Shown piece by piece: positions 1 to 9,958 of a DNA stretch of 64,000 bases. The notes below the pieces were generated by a model, which searched no databases, was not told the origin of the DNA, and saw only the letters and a list, made by a program, of their open reading frames with translations. Source of the stretch: an uncultured delta proteobacterium (GTDB lineage: Bacteria; Myxococcota_A; UBA9160; UBA4427). Positions within the stretch are counted from its first letter, which is position 1. Every line of letters begins with the position of its first letter. The stretch is from NCBI GenBank assembly GCA_963822965.1, contig CAWGJT010000013.1:160001-224000 (forward strand), in the 5' to 3' direction. Both the position numbers and the translations under genes were made by a program.

Positions 1-2269
1 CCTGCTCGCGCAGCAGATTCAGCGCCGAGCCGGCCCGGAACCACTCGATCTGCTCCCGGTTCAGGGTGTGCTTCACCTCGAACGAGTCCTCGCTCCCGTC
101 GGCGTGATGCAGGGTGACCTTCAGGTTGCGGCCGGGCGCCAGGTCTGCGAGCCCGGTGACGCTCACGCGGTCGGTCTCCTGCACCTTGTCGTAGTCCGAA
201 GGGTCCACGAAGGTCAGCGGCAGGATGCCCTGCTTCTTCAGGTTCGATTCGTGGATCCTGGCGAAGCTCCGCACGATGACCGCCGCCGCCCCCAGATGCC
301 GCGGTGACATGGCGGCGTGCTCGCGACTGCTCCCCTCGCCGTAGTTCTCGTCCCCGACGACCACCCAGCGCAGGCCCTCGGCCTTGTAGTGCCGCGCCAC
401 CTTCGGGAAGGACACGCCCGCCTCCCCGGACAGCTGGTCGAGGCCCTCGCCGGCCTTGCCCGTGAAGGCGTTGACCGCGCCGAGGAAGGCGTTGTCGCTG
501 ATGTTGTCCAGGTGGCCGCGGAAGCGCAGCCAGGGACCGGCCATCGAGATGTGGTCGGTGGTGCACTTGCCCTGGGCCTTGAGCAGCAGCGGAAGCTTCA
601 CGAAGTCCCGGCCGTCCCAGGCCGGGAAGGGCTCCAGCAGCTGGAGGCGCTTGCTGTCCGGCGCCACCTTCACGTCCACCTGCTCCGGGTCGTCCGGCGG
701 CGCGTGGTAGCCCTGGTAGGAGATCACGAAGCCGCGTTCGGGGATCTCCGGCGCCGGGGCAGGCGCGCTGAGCACGAAGCGCGACCCGTCCGCAGCCTCC
801 AGCTCGTCCGTGATCGGATTGAAGTCGAGGGTACCCGCGAGCGCGTAGGCGACGACCGTCTCCGGGCTGCCGATGAAGCACAGCGTGGCGGCGTTGCCGT
901 CGTTGCGCTTGGGGAAGTTGCGGTTGTAGGACGTGATGATCGAGTTCTTCTGGCCGTCGGCCACGTCGTCCCGCTTCCACTGCCCGATACAGGGACCGCA
1001 GGCGTTGGCCAGCACGGTGGCACCGATGGCCTCGAGCGCCTCCATCTGGCCGTCGCGCTGGATGGTCAGGTGGATCTGCTCGGAGCCGGGGGAGCACAGG
1101 AGCTCCGTCTTCGAGCGCAGGCCCTTGGCGCTCGCCTGGCGCGCCAGGTCGGCGGCCCGGGACATGTCCTCGTAGGAGGAATTCGTGCAGCTCCCGATCA
1201 ACGCCGAGGAGAGCTTCAGCGGGTAGCCCTTCTCCTTCGCCTCGGAGGCGACGCGCGAGACCGGGCGTGCGAGGTCGGGGGTGTGGGGTCCGACCAGGTA
1301 GGGCTCGAGCGCCGAGAGATCGATCTCGATCACCACGTCGAAGAAGCGCCGCGGCTCGAGCACCACCTCGGGGTCGGCGCAAAGCATCAGCTCGTTCTCC
1401 CGGGCGAGATCCGCCAGCTCCTCCCGCTCCGTCGCCTTCAGGTAGGTGGCCATGCGATCGTCGAACGGAAAGATCGAGGTGGTGGCGCCCAGCTCGGCAC
1501 CCATGTTGGTGATGGTGCCCTTGCCCGTACAGCTGATGGAGGTCACGCCGGGGCCGAAGTACTCGACGACCCGGTTCGTTCCCCCCTTGACGGTGAGCTC
1601 CTCGAGCACGCGCAGGATGACGTCCTTGGGCGAGGCCCAGCCCGAAAGGGAGCCCGTCAGATGCACGCCCACCAGGTTCGGGTACAGCACCTCCCACGGG
1701 AATCCGGCCATCACGTCCACCGCGTCGGCCCCGCCCACGCCACACGCGAACATGCCCAGGCCGCCGGCGTTCGGCGTGTGCGAATCGGTTCCCAGCATCA
1801 TGCCACCCGGAAACGCGTACTTCTCGAGCACCACCTGGTGGATGATGCCTGCACCCGGCCCCCAGAAGCCGATGCCGTAGCGCGCGGAGCTGCTCTGCAG
1901 GAACTCGTAGACCTCGTGGTTGGTGGTCATGGCGGTCTGCATGTCCGCAGCCGCGCCCTGGTAGGCCTGGATCAAGTGGTCGCAGTGCACGGTGGTGGGC
2001 ACCGCCGTCTCGTTCCGACCCGACTGCATGAACTGGAGCAGCGCCATCTGGGCCGTCGCGTCCTGCATGGCGACCCGGTCCGGGCGCAGCTGGAGGTAGC
2101 TGTGGCCGGGTGAGAGATCCTGGCTCGCGGGATCGTCCAGGTGGCCCAGGAGGATCTTCTCGGCGTAGGTCAGGGGCCGCTCGAGACGGCCACGAACGAT
2201 CTCCAGCCTGCGGGAGACGTCGGCGTACACCTTCCGGACGAGGGCGGGGGTGGTTTCGATCGCGGGCAT
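1..2269 (-). CDS. acnA: Aconitate hydratase (mitochondrial-like type); 3' end runs off the window
   Basis: Absent from the ORF track because the stop lies outside the window. Manual translation from the ATG at 2269 (GGAGG RBS) gives MPAIETTP...RPLTYAEKIL, DRVAMQDATAQMALLQFM, VHCDHLIQA, GSCTNSSYEDM, LANACGPCIGQW, KCTTDHISMAGPW, IEWFRAGSALN. Confidence 0.93.
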   Translation of the reverse strand, partial: MPAIETTPALVRKVYADVSRRLEIVRGRLERPLTYAEKILLGHLDDPASQDLSPGHSYLQLRPDRVAMQDATAQMALLQFMQSGRNETAVPTTVHCDHLIQAYQGAAADMQTAMTTNHEVYEFLQSSSARYGIGFWGPGAGIIHQVVLEKYAFPGGMMLGTDSHTPNAGGLGMFACGVGGADAVDVMAGFPWEVLYPNLVGVHLTGSLSGWASPKDVILRVLEELTVKGGTNRVVEYFGPGVTSISCTGKGTITNMGAELGATTSIFPFDDRMATYLKATEREELADLARENELMLCADPEVVLEPRRFFDVVIEIDLSALEPYLVGPHTPDLARPVSRVASEAKEKGYPLKLSSALIGSCTNSSYEDMSRAADLARQASAKGLRSKTELLCSPGSEQIHLTIQRDGQMEALEAIGATVLANACGPCIGQWKRDDVADGQKNSIITSYNRNFPKRNDGNAATLCFIGSPETVVAYALAGTLDFNPITDELEAADGSRFVLSAPAPAPEIPERGFVISYQGYHAPPDDPEQVDVKVAPDSKRLQLLEPFPAWDGRDFVKLPLLLKAQGKCTTDHISMAGPWLRFRGHLDNISDNAFLGAVNAFTGKAGEGLDQLSGEAGVSFPKVARHYKAEGLRWVVVGDENYGEGSSREHAAMSPRHLGAAAVIVRSFARIHESNLKKQGILPLTFVDPSDYDKVQETDRVSVTGLADLAPGRNLKVTLHHADGSEDSFEVKHTLNREQIEWFRAGSALNLLREQ

Positions 2270-2321
2270 GGAGCCTCCAGAGGCGTGGGAGGAGGCGCCA
2301 ACGTAGCGCAGGCGCCGACGC

Positions 2322-3725
2322 TCAGCGGTGCCGGAAGCCCTCGAGCTCCGCAAACAGGTGGGCGGCGGAACGCACGGCGTTGCGGAAGTCGTCGACGTTC
2401 AGGCTCTCGTTCTCGCCATGGGCGTTGCAGATCGGATCCTCGAGCCCCAGCAGCAGGGCGGGAACATCGCCGAGAACCGACGCGAACGGCCCCACGAAGG
2501 GGATCGAACCGCCGCACCCGATGCACACCGGCTCGCGCCCGAAGCCCGCGGCCAGCGCGCGGCGCGCCGCGTCGAAGGCGGGGCCCTCGGGTCGCGTGCT
2601 CCAGCCCGGCACCGCCGTGTCGGACTCGACGTCCACCCGCACACCCCAGGGCGGATCCTGCCGGAGGAAGTCGGCGAGCAGGCCGCGGGCGCGCTCTGCG
2701 TCCTGCCCGGGGGCCAGCCGCAGACCCACACGCGCGCGCGCGACATCCATCAGCTGGTTCGCCGCCTCGGCCAGGGGGCGGCCTTCCAGCGCCGTCACGG
2801 CCAGGGCGGGACGCCGCCACAGGCGCTCCCACAGCGGAGCCTCCGCGTCCCCGGCGAGCCGCGCCGAAGGCAGGAGCCCCGCATCCGCCCGGAAGCCGGC
2901 CTCGTCGCAGGGCAGCGCCGCGAGCTGCGCGCGCAGGGCCGCGGACACGGGGGGAACGTCGTCCTGCAGACCGGGGACGGCGGGCTCGCCCCGTTCGTCG
3001 AACAGCCGGCCGAGCAGCACCGCCAGGGCGGTGGCCGCGTCCGGAACGGGCCCGCCCCACATGCCGCTGTGCAGGGGATGGTCGAGCGCGCGCACGCTCA
3101 CGTCCACGTTGACCAGACCGCGCAGACTCGTCGTGATCGAGGGCAGCCCCGCCTCGAGGTTCGCAGTGTCCGACAGCACCATCACGTCGCAGGCCAGCCG
3201 CTCGCGGTGAGCGGCGAGGAACGCTTCGAGGTGGGTGGAGCCGATCTCCTCCTCGCCTTCGACGATGATCTTCGCGTTGACGGGCGGTCCGTCGCCGGCG
3301 TCGAGCCACGCCCGGATGGCGGCGACGAAGACCAGCACCCCCGCCTTGTCGTCCACGATGCCGCGCCCGTAGATGCGGCCGTCCGCCCTGCGCGTGGGAT
3401 CGAAGGGCGGGGTCTGCCAGTGGCTCTCGCGTCCGGGCGGCTGCACGTCGTGGTGCGCATAGAGAAGGAGGGTGGGCGCGGCGGGGCCCGCACCGCGCCA
3501 CTCACCCACCACGTAGGGGTGCGCGTCCCCGATCCGCAGGAGCTCGACGGCCTCGAGCCCGAGGTCGCGAAGCAGATCGGCCACCGCCTCGGCGGAGCGC
3601 ACCACCTGCGCCGGATCGAATCCGGGTGCGGAGACGCTGGGGATGCGGGCCAACGCCTCCAGCTCGCGCAGGGTCTGCTCGAATCGCGCGTCCACGGCTT
3701 CGATCACGGCCTGCGGGGCGGGCAT
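2322..3725 (-). CDS. M20 family metallo-dipeptidase (ArgE/DapE-like)
   Basis: Start reassigned to MPAPQAVIE; motifs YAHHDVQP, YGRGIVDDKAG, EGEEEIGS, HGENE. Confidence 0.9.
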   Translation of the reverse strand: MPAPQAVIEAVDARFEQTLRELEALARIPSVSAPGFDPAQVVRSAEAVADLLRDLGLEAVELLRIGDAHPYVVGEWRGAGPAAPTLLLYAHHDVQPPGRESHWQTPPFDPTRRADGRIYGRGIVDDKAGVLVFVAAIRAWLDAGDGPPVNAKIIVEGEEEIGSTHLEAFLAAHRERLACDVMVLSDTANLEAGLPSITTSLRGLVNVDVSVRALDHPLHSGMWGGPVPDAATALAVLLGRLFDERGEPAVPGLQDDVPPVSAALRAQLAALPCDEAGFRADAGLLPSARLAGDAEAPLWERLWRRPALAVTALEGRPLAEAANQLMDVARARVGLRLAPGQDAERARGLLADFLRQDPPWGVRVDVESDTAVPGWSTRPEGPAFDAARRALAAGFGREPVCIGCGGSIPFVGPFASVLGDVPALLLGLEDPICNAHGENESLNVDDFRNAVRSAAHLFAELEGFRHR

Positions 3726-3821
3726 GTCGCCAGCATAGTGTCCCGAGCCGCATCGGCGAAAGCCGCGCGAGGCCAGCGGCCGCGCTGTCGGGCCCACACG
3801 GATTGCTGGTAGCATGGCGCC

Positions 3822-4685
3822 ATGCAGCCCCGATCCATCCGCATTCCCGCCTCGGACGGCCTCAGCCTGCACGCCCTCGAGTGGAGCCGCGAGGGTGTCC
3901 CCATGATCCTGATCCACGGCTTCGGCAACGAGGCGCACATCTGGGACGACTTCGCGCCCCAGGTCGCCGGGCACTACCGGGTGATCGCCCTCGACCTGCG
4001 GGGTCACGGCGACTCGGACTGGGACCCCGAGAGCCGCTACGACTACCCCCACCACGTGGCCGACCTCGAGGCGGTGGTGAACGCGCTGGGCATCGAGCGC
4101 ATGGTGCTCGTCGCGCACTCCCTGGGCGGGCGTGTCTCGATGCTTTACGCCGGGCGTCATCCCGAGCAGCTGGCGGGGCTGGTGATCGTCGACTCGGCCC
4201 CGGAGCTGGACGTGCGCGGCACCACCCGCATCCGCATGGAGGTGGCCGAGCATCGCGACCCCGCGTTCGAGACGGTGGCCCAGTACGAGAACCTGCTGGC
4301 CCACAACTATCCCGCCGCCACCCCGGAGGCCATCAAGCGCATGGCTCGCAACGGCCTGCGACGCCGGGAGGACGGCCGCTACGTGCTGAAGATGGACACG
4401 GCCTATCGCGGGGCGAGCGGCCCGCGGCTCGACTCGGACGAGCAGGAGAGCCGCGAGGCCGAGCACGCGAAGCAGATGTGGGCCGCCCTCGAGAAGCTAC
4501 CGTGCCCGACGCTCGTCGTGCGCGGTGCGGCCTCGGACATCATGTCACCCGAAGTGGCCGATCGCATGGTGGACGAGGTGCTGCCGAGCGGAACGCTGGC
4601 CGTCGTCCCCCAGGCCGGTCACTCGGTGATGACGGACAACCCGAAGGGCTTCGCGAAGGCCGTCTGCGACTTTTGCCTCGGCTGA
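3822..4685 (+). CDS. Alpha/beta fold hydrolase
   Basis: HGFG, DLRGHGDS, AHSLGG nucleophile elbow, C-terminal AGHSV. Confidence 0.9.
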   Translation: MQPRSIRIPASDGLSLHALEWSREGVPMILIHGFGNEAHIWDDFAPQVAGHYRVIALDLRGHGDSDWDPESRYDYPHHVADLEAVVNALGIERMVLVAHSLGGRVSMLYAGRHPEQLAGLVIVDSAPELDVRGTTRIRMEVAEHRDPAFETVAQYENLLAHNYPAATPEAIKRMARNGLRRREDGRYVLKMDTAYRGASGPRLDSDEQESREAEHAKQMWAALEKLPCPTLVVRGAASDIMSPEVADRMVDEVLPSGTLAVVPQAGHSVMTDNPKGFAKAVCDFCLG

Positions 4686-4823
4686 GGGCTCTTGCCTGGG
4701 CTGAAGGCTCTTGCCTGGGCTGAAGGCTCTTGCTGGGCTGAAGGCTCTGCCTGGGCTGAAGGCTCTTGCCTGGGCTGAAGGCTCTCTGCCTGGGCTGAAG
4801 GCTCTTGCCTGGGCTGAAGGCTC
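4673..4823. repeat. Tandem array of 8 copies of a ~19-bp unit TTGCCTGGGCTGAAGGCTC; the first copy contains the hydrolase stop codon
   Basis: Units of 19,19,19,18,18,19,20,19 bp fill the gap between convergent genes. Confidence 0.95.
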
Positions 4824-4825
4824 TG

Positions 4826-7498
4826 TCAGGGAGCGGTGCGGCTGCGCAGGGCGCGGCGGGCGCGCAGCTCGAGCAGGGCGGGCAGCACCACCAGGTTGCA
4901 GAGCAGGGTGAGGGCGACGCCCAGGGTCAGCAGCTGTCCCAGGCTCGCCATGCCTCGATGGGTCGCGAAGCCCAGGCTACCGAAGCTGGCGATGGTGGTG
5001 GCCGCGCTGAAGACGACCGCGTTCGCGGTGCTGGTCTGCAGCAGGCTCCCGTTCCCCGGCGGTGCGGTGCGCGCGCGATGCACCAGGTGGATGCTGGTAT
5101 CGACGCCGATGCCCAGCAGCAGGGGCAGCACGATCACGTCGGCGAAGTTGAAGGGCACCCCCAACAGCACTGCGGCGGCGGAGGTGAGCAGACCGGCCAG
5201 CGCCAGCGGCGCCAGCACCATCAGCGTGTCGCCCAGGGTTCGCCAGATGACCAGCAGGAGCAGACAGATGGCGAGGATCGCCGCCGCGAAGGCCTGCTTC
5301 AGCGACTTCACCACCTCCTGGGCCGCCGCATAGATCGAGATCGCGCTGCCGGTGGCCTTCGGGGCGACGCTGCGCACCGACTGGACGAAGCGCTCCAGCG
5401 CCGCCGGGTCCGTGAGATCCTCGCGCGGGAAGATCTGCACCCGCACCTGGCCGCTCTCCGAGATCATCCGGTCCACGAGCCCGGTGGGCAGGCCGTCGAG
5501 GGTGACCGGATCGACCGCGACCGCGCGCGACAGGAAGTCGAGCTGTCGCGAGAGGGTCGCGAGCAGGCTCTGCTCGAGGACGCGGAGGTCGGCCTCGCGC
5601 TCGGCGGGCGGCTTCGCCTCGAGCTGGTCGAGGAAGCGGTCGAGGGAGTCGAGGGCCCTCGGCGCGCCGGCGGGCACCGGGTCGCCGCTGCCGGTTCGTC
5701 CCTCACGGATGAGGAGCGCGAGCTCTTGCTGGAATCCCCGCAGCGCCTGCATCGCCTCTTCGGGGGTGGGCGGGTGGGGCTCGCCGCCCGCGCTGGGAGG
5801 CGGCGCCAGGAAGGCGGCGACGTCCTCGATGATCTCGAGCTTCTCGCCCTGGTCCGCGGGCACGTAGCTCTGCACCGTGTAGGCGTTCGCGACGGTGGGC
5901 AGCCGGGAGAGATCGGCAGCCAGCTTCTCGGCCGAGGTGAGGTCCGGGCGCACGGCGTTGAGGCTCCAGGGTGAGGTGTGCGACTGGGAGAGCAGCTCTT
6001 CGAAGGCCTGCACCGACTCGGCCGACGGATCGCGCACCAGCAGGGGATTGCGCTCGAAGTGCGCCTCCGGCAGCAGGAACAGCGCGCCCACGGTGAGCAC
6101 CAGCGCCCCCCAGCCGATGGCCCCCGGGTAGCGGGTGGGAAAGCTCGGGACGAGGTTCACCCGGGCGCGCCGGGCGGCCTTCCGGGCCTCGCCTTCCCGC
6201 ACGCCCAGGGAGAGCAGCGCGGGCAGCAGGGTGAAGGTGCAGAAGAGGCTCACGAACATGCCGGTGCCGGAGATGAGCCCCAGCTCGGCCACGCCGGAGA
6301 AGTCCGTCGGAATGAAGGCGTAGAACCCGATGGCGGTGGTGACGGCGCACAGCACCAGCGAGCTGCCCACGCGGGCGGATGCCTGCCGGAGCGCGGCGGG
6401 GTGATCGCGTCCCTCGGCGAGAGCTTCCTGGTAGCCCATGCAGAGATGCACGCCGAAGTCGATCCCGAGCCCGATGAAGAGCACCGCGAACGCGATGGAG
6501 AGCAGGTTCAGGTGGCCGACGGCGACGGCCGCGAAGGCGGCGGTGAGCACGAGCCCCACCACCAGCGTCACCAGGGCCGCCAGCACCAGGCGAACCGAGC
6601 GCAGCGCCACCAGCAAGAGCCCCGCCACCATCACAAAGGACGCGAGACCGGCGGCTCGGGCCTGGGTGTCGACCAGCTCCATCTCCTCGTAGGCGAGGGC
6701 GACGTCTCCGGTCATGCGGACGCTGACGCCGTTCTCCTCGGTCAGCCCGAGCTCCCGGGCGAACCGGTGTACCGCGGAGAGCGGCTTCTCCGCCGCCACC
6801 ACCTCGCCGAAGTCGCGGATCGGCTGGGCGAGGATCAGACGGCGCTTCTCGCCGTCCAGGGGACGTCCCGCCACCACCTCCGCCCACGAGAGGTGGTAGG
6901 GCTCGCCCGCGAGCCGGGCCTCGAGGGCTGCGTCCATTCGCTCGAGCATGGGCTCGAGGTTCGCCTCGCCCACGTCACCGTCGCGCAGGGCCCGCACCCC
7001 GCGCGCCAGCATCATCGCCAGCCCGCGCAACGTCCCGTCCCGCGCCAGGCTCGCCAGGTAGGGCTGTACCCGCGCCAGCCGATCCGCGAAGTCCTGCAGC
7101 TCCTCGGTGTCCATGTAGAGGAGCGCGTGCTCCTCGAAGAACTCGTTCTGCGGCAGGTACACCTCGCTGAACAGCTCGGGGGACGCCTCGAGCTTCTCGG
7201 CGAGGGCCGTGGCGGCCTGTTGGGCCTGCTCCTCGCTGCGAGCGTCGACGAGGATGACGATGTTCTCGTAGAGGTTGGGGAAGGTCTTCTTGTACTCGAT
7301 CTCGATGACGCGATGGGGAAGGGTGGCGGCGAAGAGGGAGTCTTCGTCGGTGTCCACCTTCAGGTGGGTGGCCGCCCAGGCACCGGCCACGACCGTCGCC
7401 AGCCCGGCGGCGACGACGATCTGCAGGCTGCGCCGCCGCACCGCATCCACCCAGCTCGGAAGGACGCGCTCGAGCCAGATCTCGATGGACCGTTCCAC
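4826..7498 (-). CDS. hpnN: MMPL/RND lipid transporter, HpnN-like
   Basis: 890 aa with two TM bundles, GLGIDFGVH and GIGVDTSIH motifs, large periplasmic loops; adjacent to HpnM-like and MlaA-like genes. Confidence 0.85.
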   Translation of the reverse strand: MERSIEIWLERVLPSWVDAVRRRSLQIVVAAGLATVVAGAWAATHLKVDTDEDSLFAATLPHRVIEIEYKKTFPNLYENIVILVDARSEEQAQQAATALAEKLEASPELFSEVYLPQNEFFEEHALLYMDTEELQDFADRLARVQPYLASLARDGTLRGLAMMLARGVRALRDGDVGEANLEPMLERMDAALEARLAGEPYHLSWAEVVAGRPLDGEKRRLILAQPIRDFGEVVAAEKPLSAVHRFARELGLTEENGVSVRMTGDVALAYEEMELVDTQARAAGLASFVMVAGLLLVALRSVRLVLAALVTLVVGLVLTAAFAAVAVGHLNLLSIAFAVLFIGLGIDFGVHLCMGYQEALAEGRDHPAALRQASARVGSSLVLCAVTTAIGFYAFIPTDFSGVAELGLISGTGMFVSLFCTFTLLPALLSLGVREGEARKAARRARVNLVPSFPTRYPGAIGWGALVLTVGALFLLPEAHFERNPLLVRDPSAESVQAFEELLSQSHTSPWSLNAVRPDLTSAEKLAADLSRLPTVANAYTVQSYVPADQGEKLEIIEDVAAFLAPPPSAGGEPHPPTPEEAMQALRGFQQELALLIREGRTGSGDPVPAGAPRALDSLDRFLDQLEAKPPAEREADLRVLEQSLLATLSRQLDFLSRAVAVDPVTLDGLPTGLVDRMISESGQVRVQIFPREDLTDPAALERFVQSVRSVAPKATGSAISIYAAAQEVVKSLKQAFAAAILAICLLLLVIWRTLGDTLMVLAPLALAGLLTSAAAVLLGVPFNFADVIVLPLLLGIGVDTSIHLVHRARTAPPGNGSLLQTSTANAVVFSAATTIASFGSLGFATHRGMASLGQLLTLGVALTLLCNLVVLPALLELRARRALRSRTAP

Positions 7499-7813
7499 CT
7501 CGGGAAGACCCCCGCCCGCCGGAGCGTTCGTAGCCCTGCGCCCCCCGGGTGAGCCGAATCCAGCACGACGCGATGGGCAGGCCCCGCGCCCGAGTGCCCG
7601 AAATCGTTAGCAGATCGCCGCTCCGGAGACGGCAGGATCCGCCACACCGGAACCCCGCACCAGTCGGGAGATTCGCGGAGGTCCCTGAGCTACACTGCCG
7701 GCCCTCCCCCGCAAAGCGCACCGGGGTCGGGATCCCTCCCGAGCGGGTCCCGCAGAAGCCCCGAAGCGATCACCAACGGCACCCGGTATCTCGCGGTGCG
7801 CGAGGAGCCTTCC

Positions 7814-8518
7814 TTGACTCGAATCGACCGCCTCAGTCTTTCCCTGCCTCTCGTCCTGCTGCTCGCGGCGACGATGGTGCCCGCGGCACTCGCCCAGGAC
7901 GACGAAGTGGCGAGCCCGCCGGCGACGCGCGCCGAGGCGCCCGCCCCGAACGCAGCCGCCGACAAGAACGCCCCCTTGGCCACCCCCTCGGTGGAGAAGC
8001 TGCACGCGGCACTGCTCGAGATCATGCGTCGGGCCGACAAGCTCGGCTACAACGGCCGGTTCGACTACCTGAACCCCGTCGTGCAGGAGACCTTCGACCT
8101 GCCCTTCATGGCGTCCAAGTCCGTGGGACGGCACTGGAAGGAGCTGCCCGAAGCGGACCAGAAGCGCTGGCTCGAGCTGTTCGCGCAGCACATCACGGCC
8201 AACTACGCGGGACAGTTCACGGGCTACTCGGGAGAGTCCTTCGAGACCCTCGGCGAGGAGCCTGCCATCCGGGACACCCGGGTCGTGCGCACGCGCCTCG
8301 TCCGTCCCGGCGACGAGGACGTCCAGCTCAACTACCGGCTGCGCGACGTCGACGGCAAGTGGCGCATCATCGACATCTATCTGAACGGAACCGTCAGCGA
8401 GCTCGCCCTGCGACGCTCCGAGTACTCGTCGGTTCTCAAGCGCGAGGGCTTCGAGAGCCTGATCTCGACCATCTCCAAGAAGGTCCAGGAGCTCGAGAAC
8501 AGCGCCACCAAGAGCTGA
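7814..8518 (+). CDS. hpnM: MlaC/Ttg2D family periplasmic lipid carrier, HpnM-like
   Basis: Signal peptide; FDLPFMASKSVGRHW, WRIIDIYLNGTVSELALRRSEY; TTG start after GAGGAG. Confidence 0.85.
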   Translation: MTRIDRLSLSLPLVLLLAATMVPAALAQDDEVASPPATRAEAPAPNAAADKNAPLATPSVEKLHAALLEIMRRADKLGYNGRFDYLNPVVQETFDLPFMASKSVGRHWKELPEADQKRWLELFAQHITANYAGQFTGYSGESFETLGEEPAIRDTRVVRTRLVRPGDEDVQLNYRLRDVDGKWRIIDIYLNGTVSELALRRSEYSSVLKREGFESLISTISKKVQELENSATKS

Positions 8519-8535
8519 GCCTGGCAGCGGGCCGC

Positions 8536-9474
8536 TCAGTCCCCCGCCCAGTCGTCCCGCCGATCCTCGCGACGCGACCAGATAGCCGCCATGCGGTTCT
8601 GGTAGTAGGCGTTGCGCAGGGCCGCGTAGTAGTCCACCGAGCCCTCGCGCAGGGCGTCCAGGTTCTCGATGTTCTCCTCCCGGATGGACAGCCCCTGGCC
8701 GCCCCCGTAGATCCCGTACATCAGGAAGTTCGTCGGTCCCAGGAACCAGGTGAGCGGGTGCATGGTGACGTCCGCCAGCACACCGAAGCCGTCCCGGACA
8801 TTGTTCGGACCGGCCAGCGGGAGCATCAGGTACACGCCGCTCGGCGTCCCGGCGAGGGCCAGGGTCTGGCCGAAGTCCGAGCGGTGGTAGGGCAGCCCGA
8901 TATGTGCGGCGGGATCGAAGAGCCCGCCCAGGCCCACCGTCGAGTTGACCACCAGGCGCGAGAGCGACACGCCGGCGTCCTTCCACTCGAGCTGGAGGAT
9001 GTCGTTCACCGTCGTCGCCGGCTCGCCCAGGTTCGAGAAGAAGTTCCGGATCGACTGCTTCACCGGGTTCGGGAAGATGTACCCGTACGCCCGGGTGACG
9101 GGGTCGAGGAGCCATTTGTCCATGAAGCTGTTGAAGCGCTGGACCCCCCGGTTGGTCTCTTCGAGGGGATCGGGGAAGCCCGCGGGGTGGGCGGCAAACT
9201 CGTCGTCGAACCCGTCCGACTCGTCGTCGTCGAACAGAGGGTCGGGCTCCTCGGCTTGGGTCGCCGGGTCGGCCGAATCACCGGTCGCCGGGTCGGCCGA
9301 ATCACCGGTCGCCGGGTCGGCCGAAGGCGCGGTCGCCGGGTCGGCCGAGGGGGCGACTTCCTGGGGCGGCGCGGCCTCGGCGGCGGGGACCGCCCCGGCC
9401 GGGAGGCCCGTCAGGACGAGCCCGAGCAGCAGTGCCAGGAACCGGCAGGACATGCGACGGGCATCGGCAGGCAT
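8536..9474 (-). CDS. mlaA: VacJ/MlaA family lipid asymmetry protein
   Basis: DPLEETNR, VNSTVGLGGLFDPA, SDFGQTL, YLMLPLAGPNNVRD, DYYAALRNAYYQNR; exact start uncertain (9474 or 9453). Confidence 0.88.
   Translation of the reverse strand: MPADARRMSCRFLALLLGLVLTGLPAGAVPAAEAAPPQEVAPSADPATAPSADPATGDSADPATGDSADPATQAEEPDPLFDDDESDGFDDEFAAHPAGFPDPLEETNRGVQRFNSFMDKWLLDPVTRAYGYIFPNPVKQSIRNFFSNLGEPATTVNDILQLEWKDAGVSLSRLVVNSTVGLGGLFDPAAHIGLPYHRSDFGQTLALAGTPSGVYLMLPLAGPNNVRDGFGVLADVTMHPLTWFLGPTNFLMYGIYGGGQGLSIREENIENLDALREGSVDYYAALRNAYYQNRMAAIWSRREDRRDDWAGD
9259..9348. repeat. In-frame 24-bp tandem repeat x4 encoding an SADPAT(AP/GD) linker in MlaA
   Basis: GGTCGCCGGGTCGGCCGA at 9259, 9283, 9307, 9331. 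Confidence 0.9.
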
Positions 9475-9486
9475 CGCGCGGGAGGT

Positions 9487-9649
9487 TAGAGCCCATCTCA
9501 CGAACCCGCTCGGTCGCCAGGCGGCGTCTTCGCCCCGATCTCATCGTTACGAAACCTCGCCGTAGCGACACTACGCCTTCGCCTTCGCGTCTCGATCTCG
9601 GACCGAACTCGCTCGCCTGGCTCGGTCGGGGTTCGTGAGATGGGCTCTA
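9487..9649. mobile_element. MITE-like non-autonomous element, 163 bp, with perfect 21-bp terminal inverted repeats (counting the flanking TA)
   Basis: TAGAGCCCATCTCACGAACCC (9487-9507) is the exact reverse complement of 9629-9649; TTAG/CTAG flanks; internal CCAGGCG...CGCCTGG pairing; no transposase inside. Confidence 0.75.
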
Positions 9650-9958
9650 GAGCACCCGAACTTCAGGAACCGGCAGCGGACGCCGATGACGGCCGAAAGG
9701 TCTCGGGGATCCGAGCCGGAGGAGCCGGAGCGGGAGCCGGGTGGGAGGATTTCCCTGGGGGAAAGAAGGCGAGCGCCGAACGCGGGGGGCTGCGGTACCC
9801 TGCCGTCCCCTCGATGCCGTGCGCGAGTCCCATCCCCCGGTACGTCGCTGCTGGACCGCCCACCCAAACCCCATCCGTGCATCCGAGAAGACTGGTCATC
9901 CGGAGACGCTCGGGACGGGTGTAAGATTTTCGGGTCGAGCTGTCAGGAGGAGTGAATC

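Noticed and set aside
317..2113. 598-aa plus-strand ORF and similar long antisense ORFs (e.g. 26582-29023, 42457-44964, 56068-58875)
   Set aside because: Shadow ORFs opposite well-supported genes, expected in high-GC DNA; no recognisable motifs
4673..4823. CRISPR array, or the 66-aa ORF 4711-4911
   Set aside because: The repeats are contiguous with no unique spacers and no cas genes are present; the ORF is only a translation of the repeat
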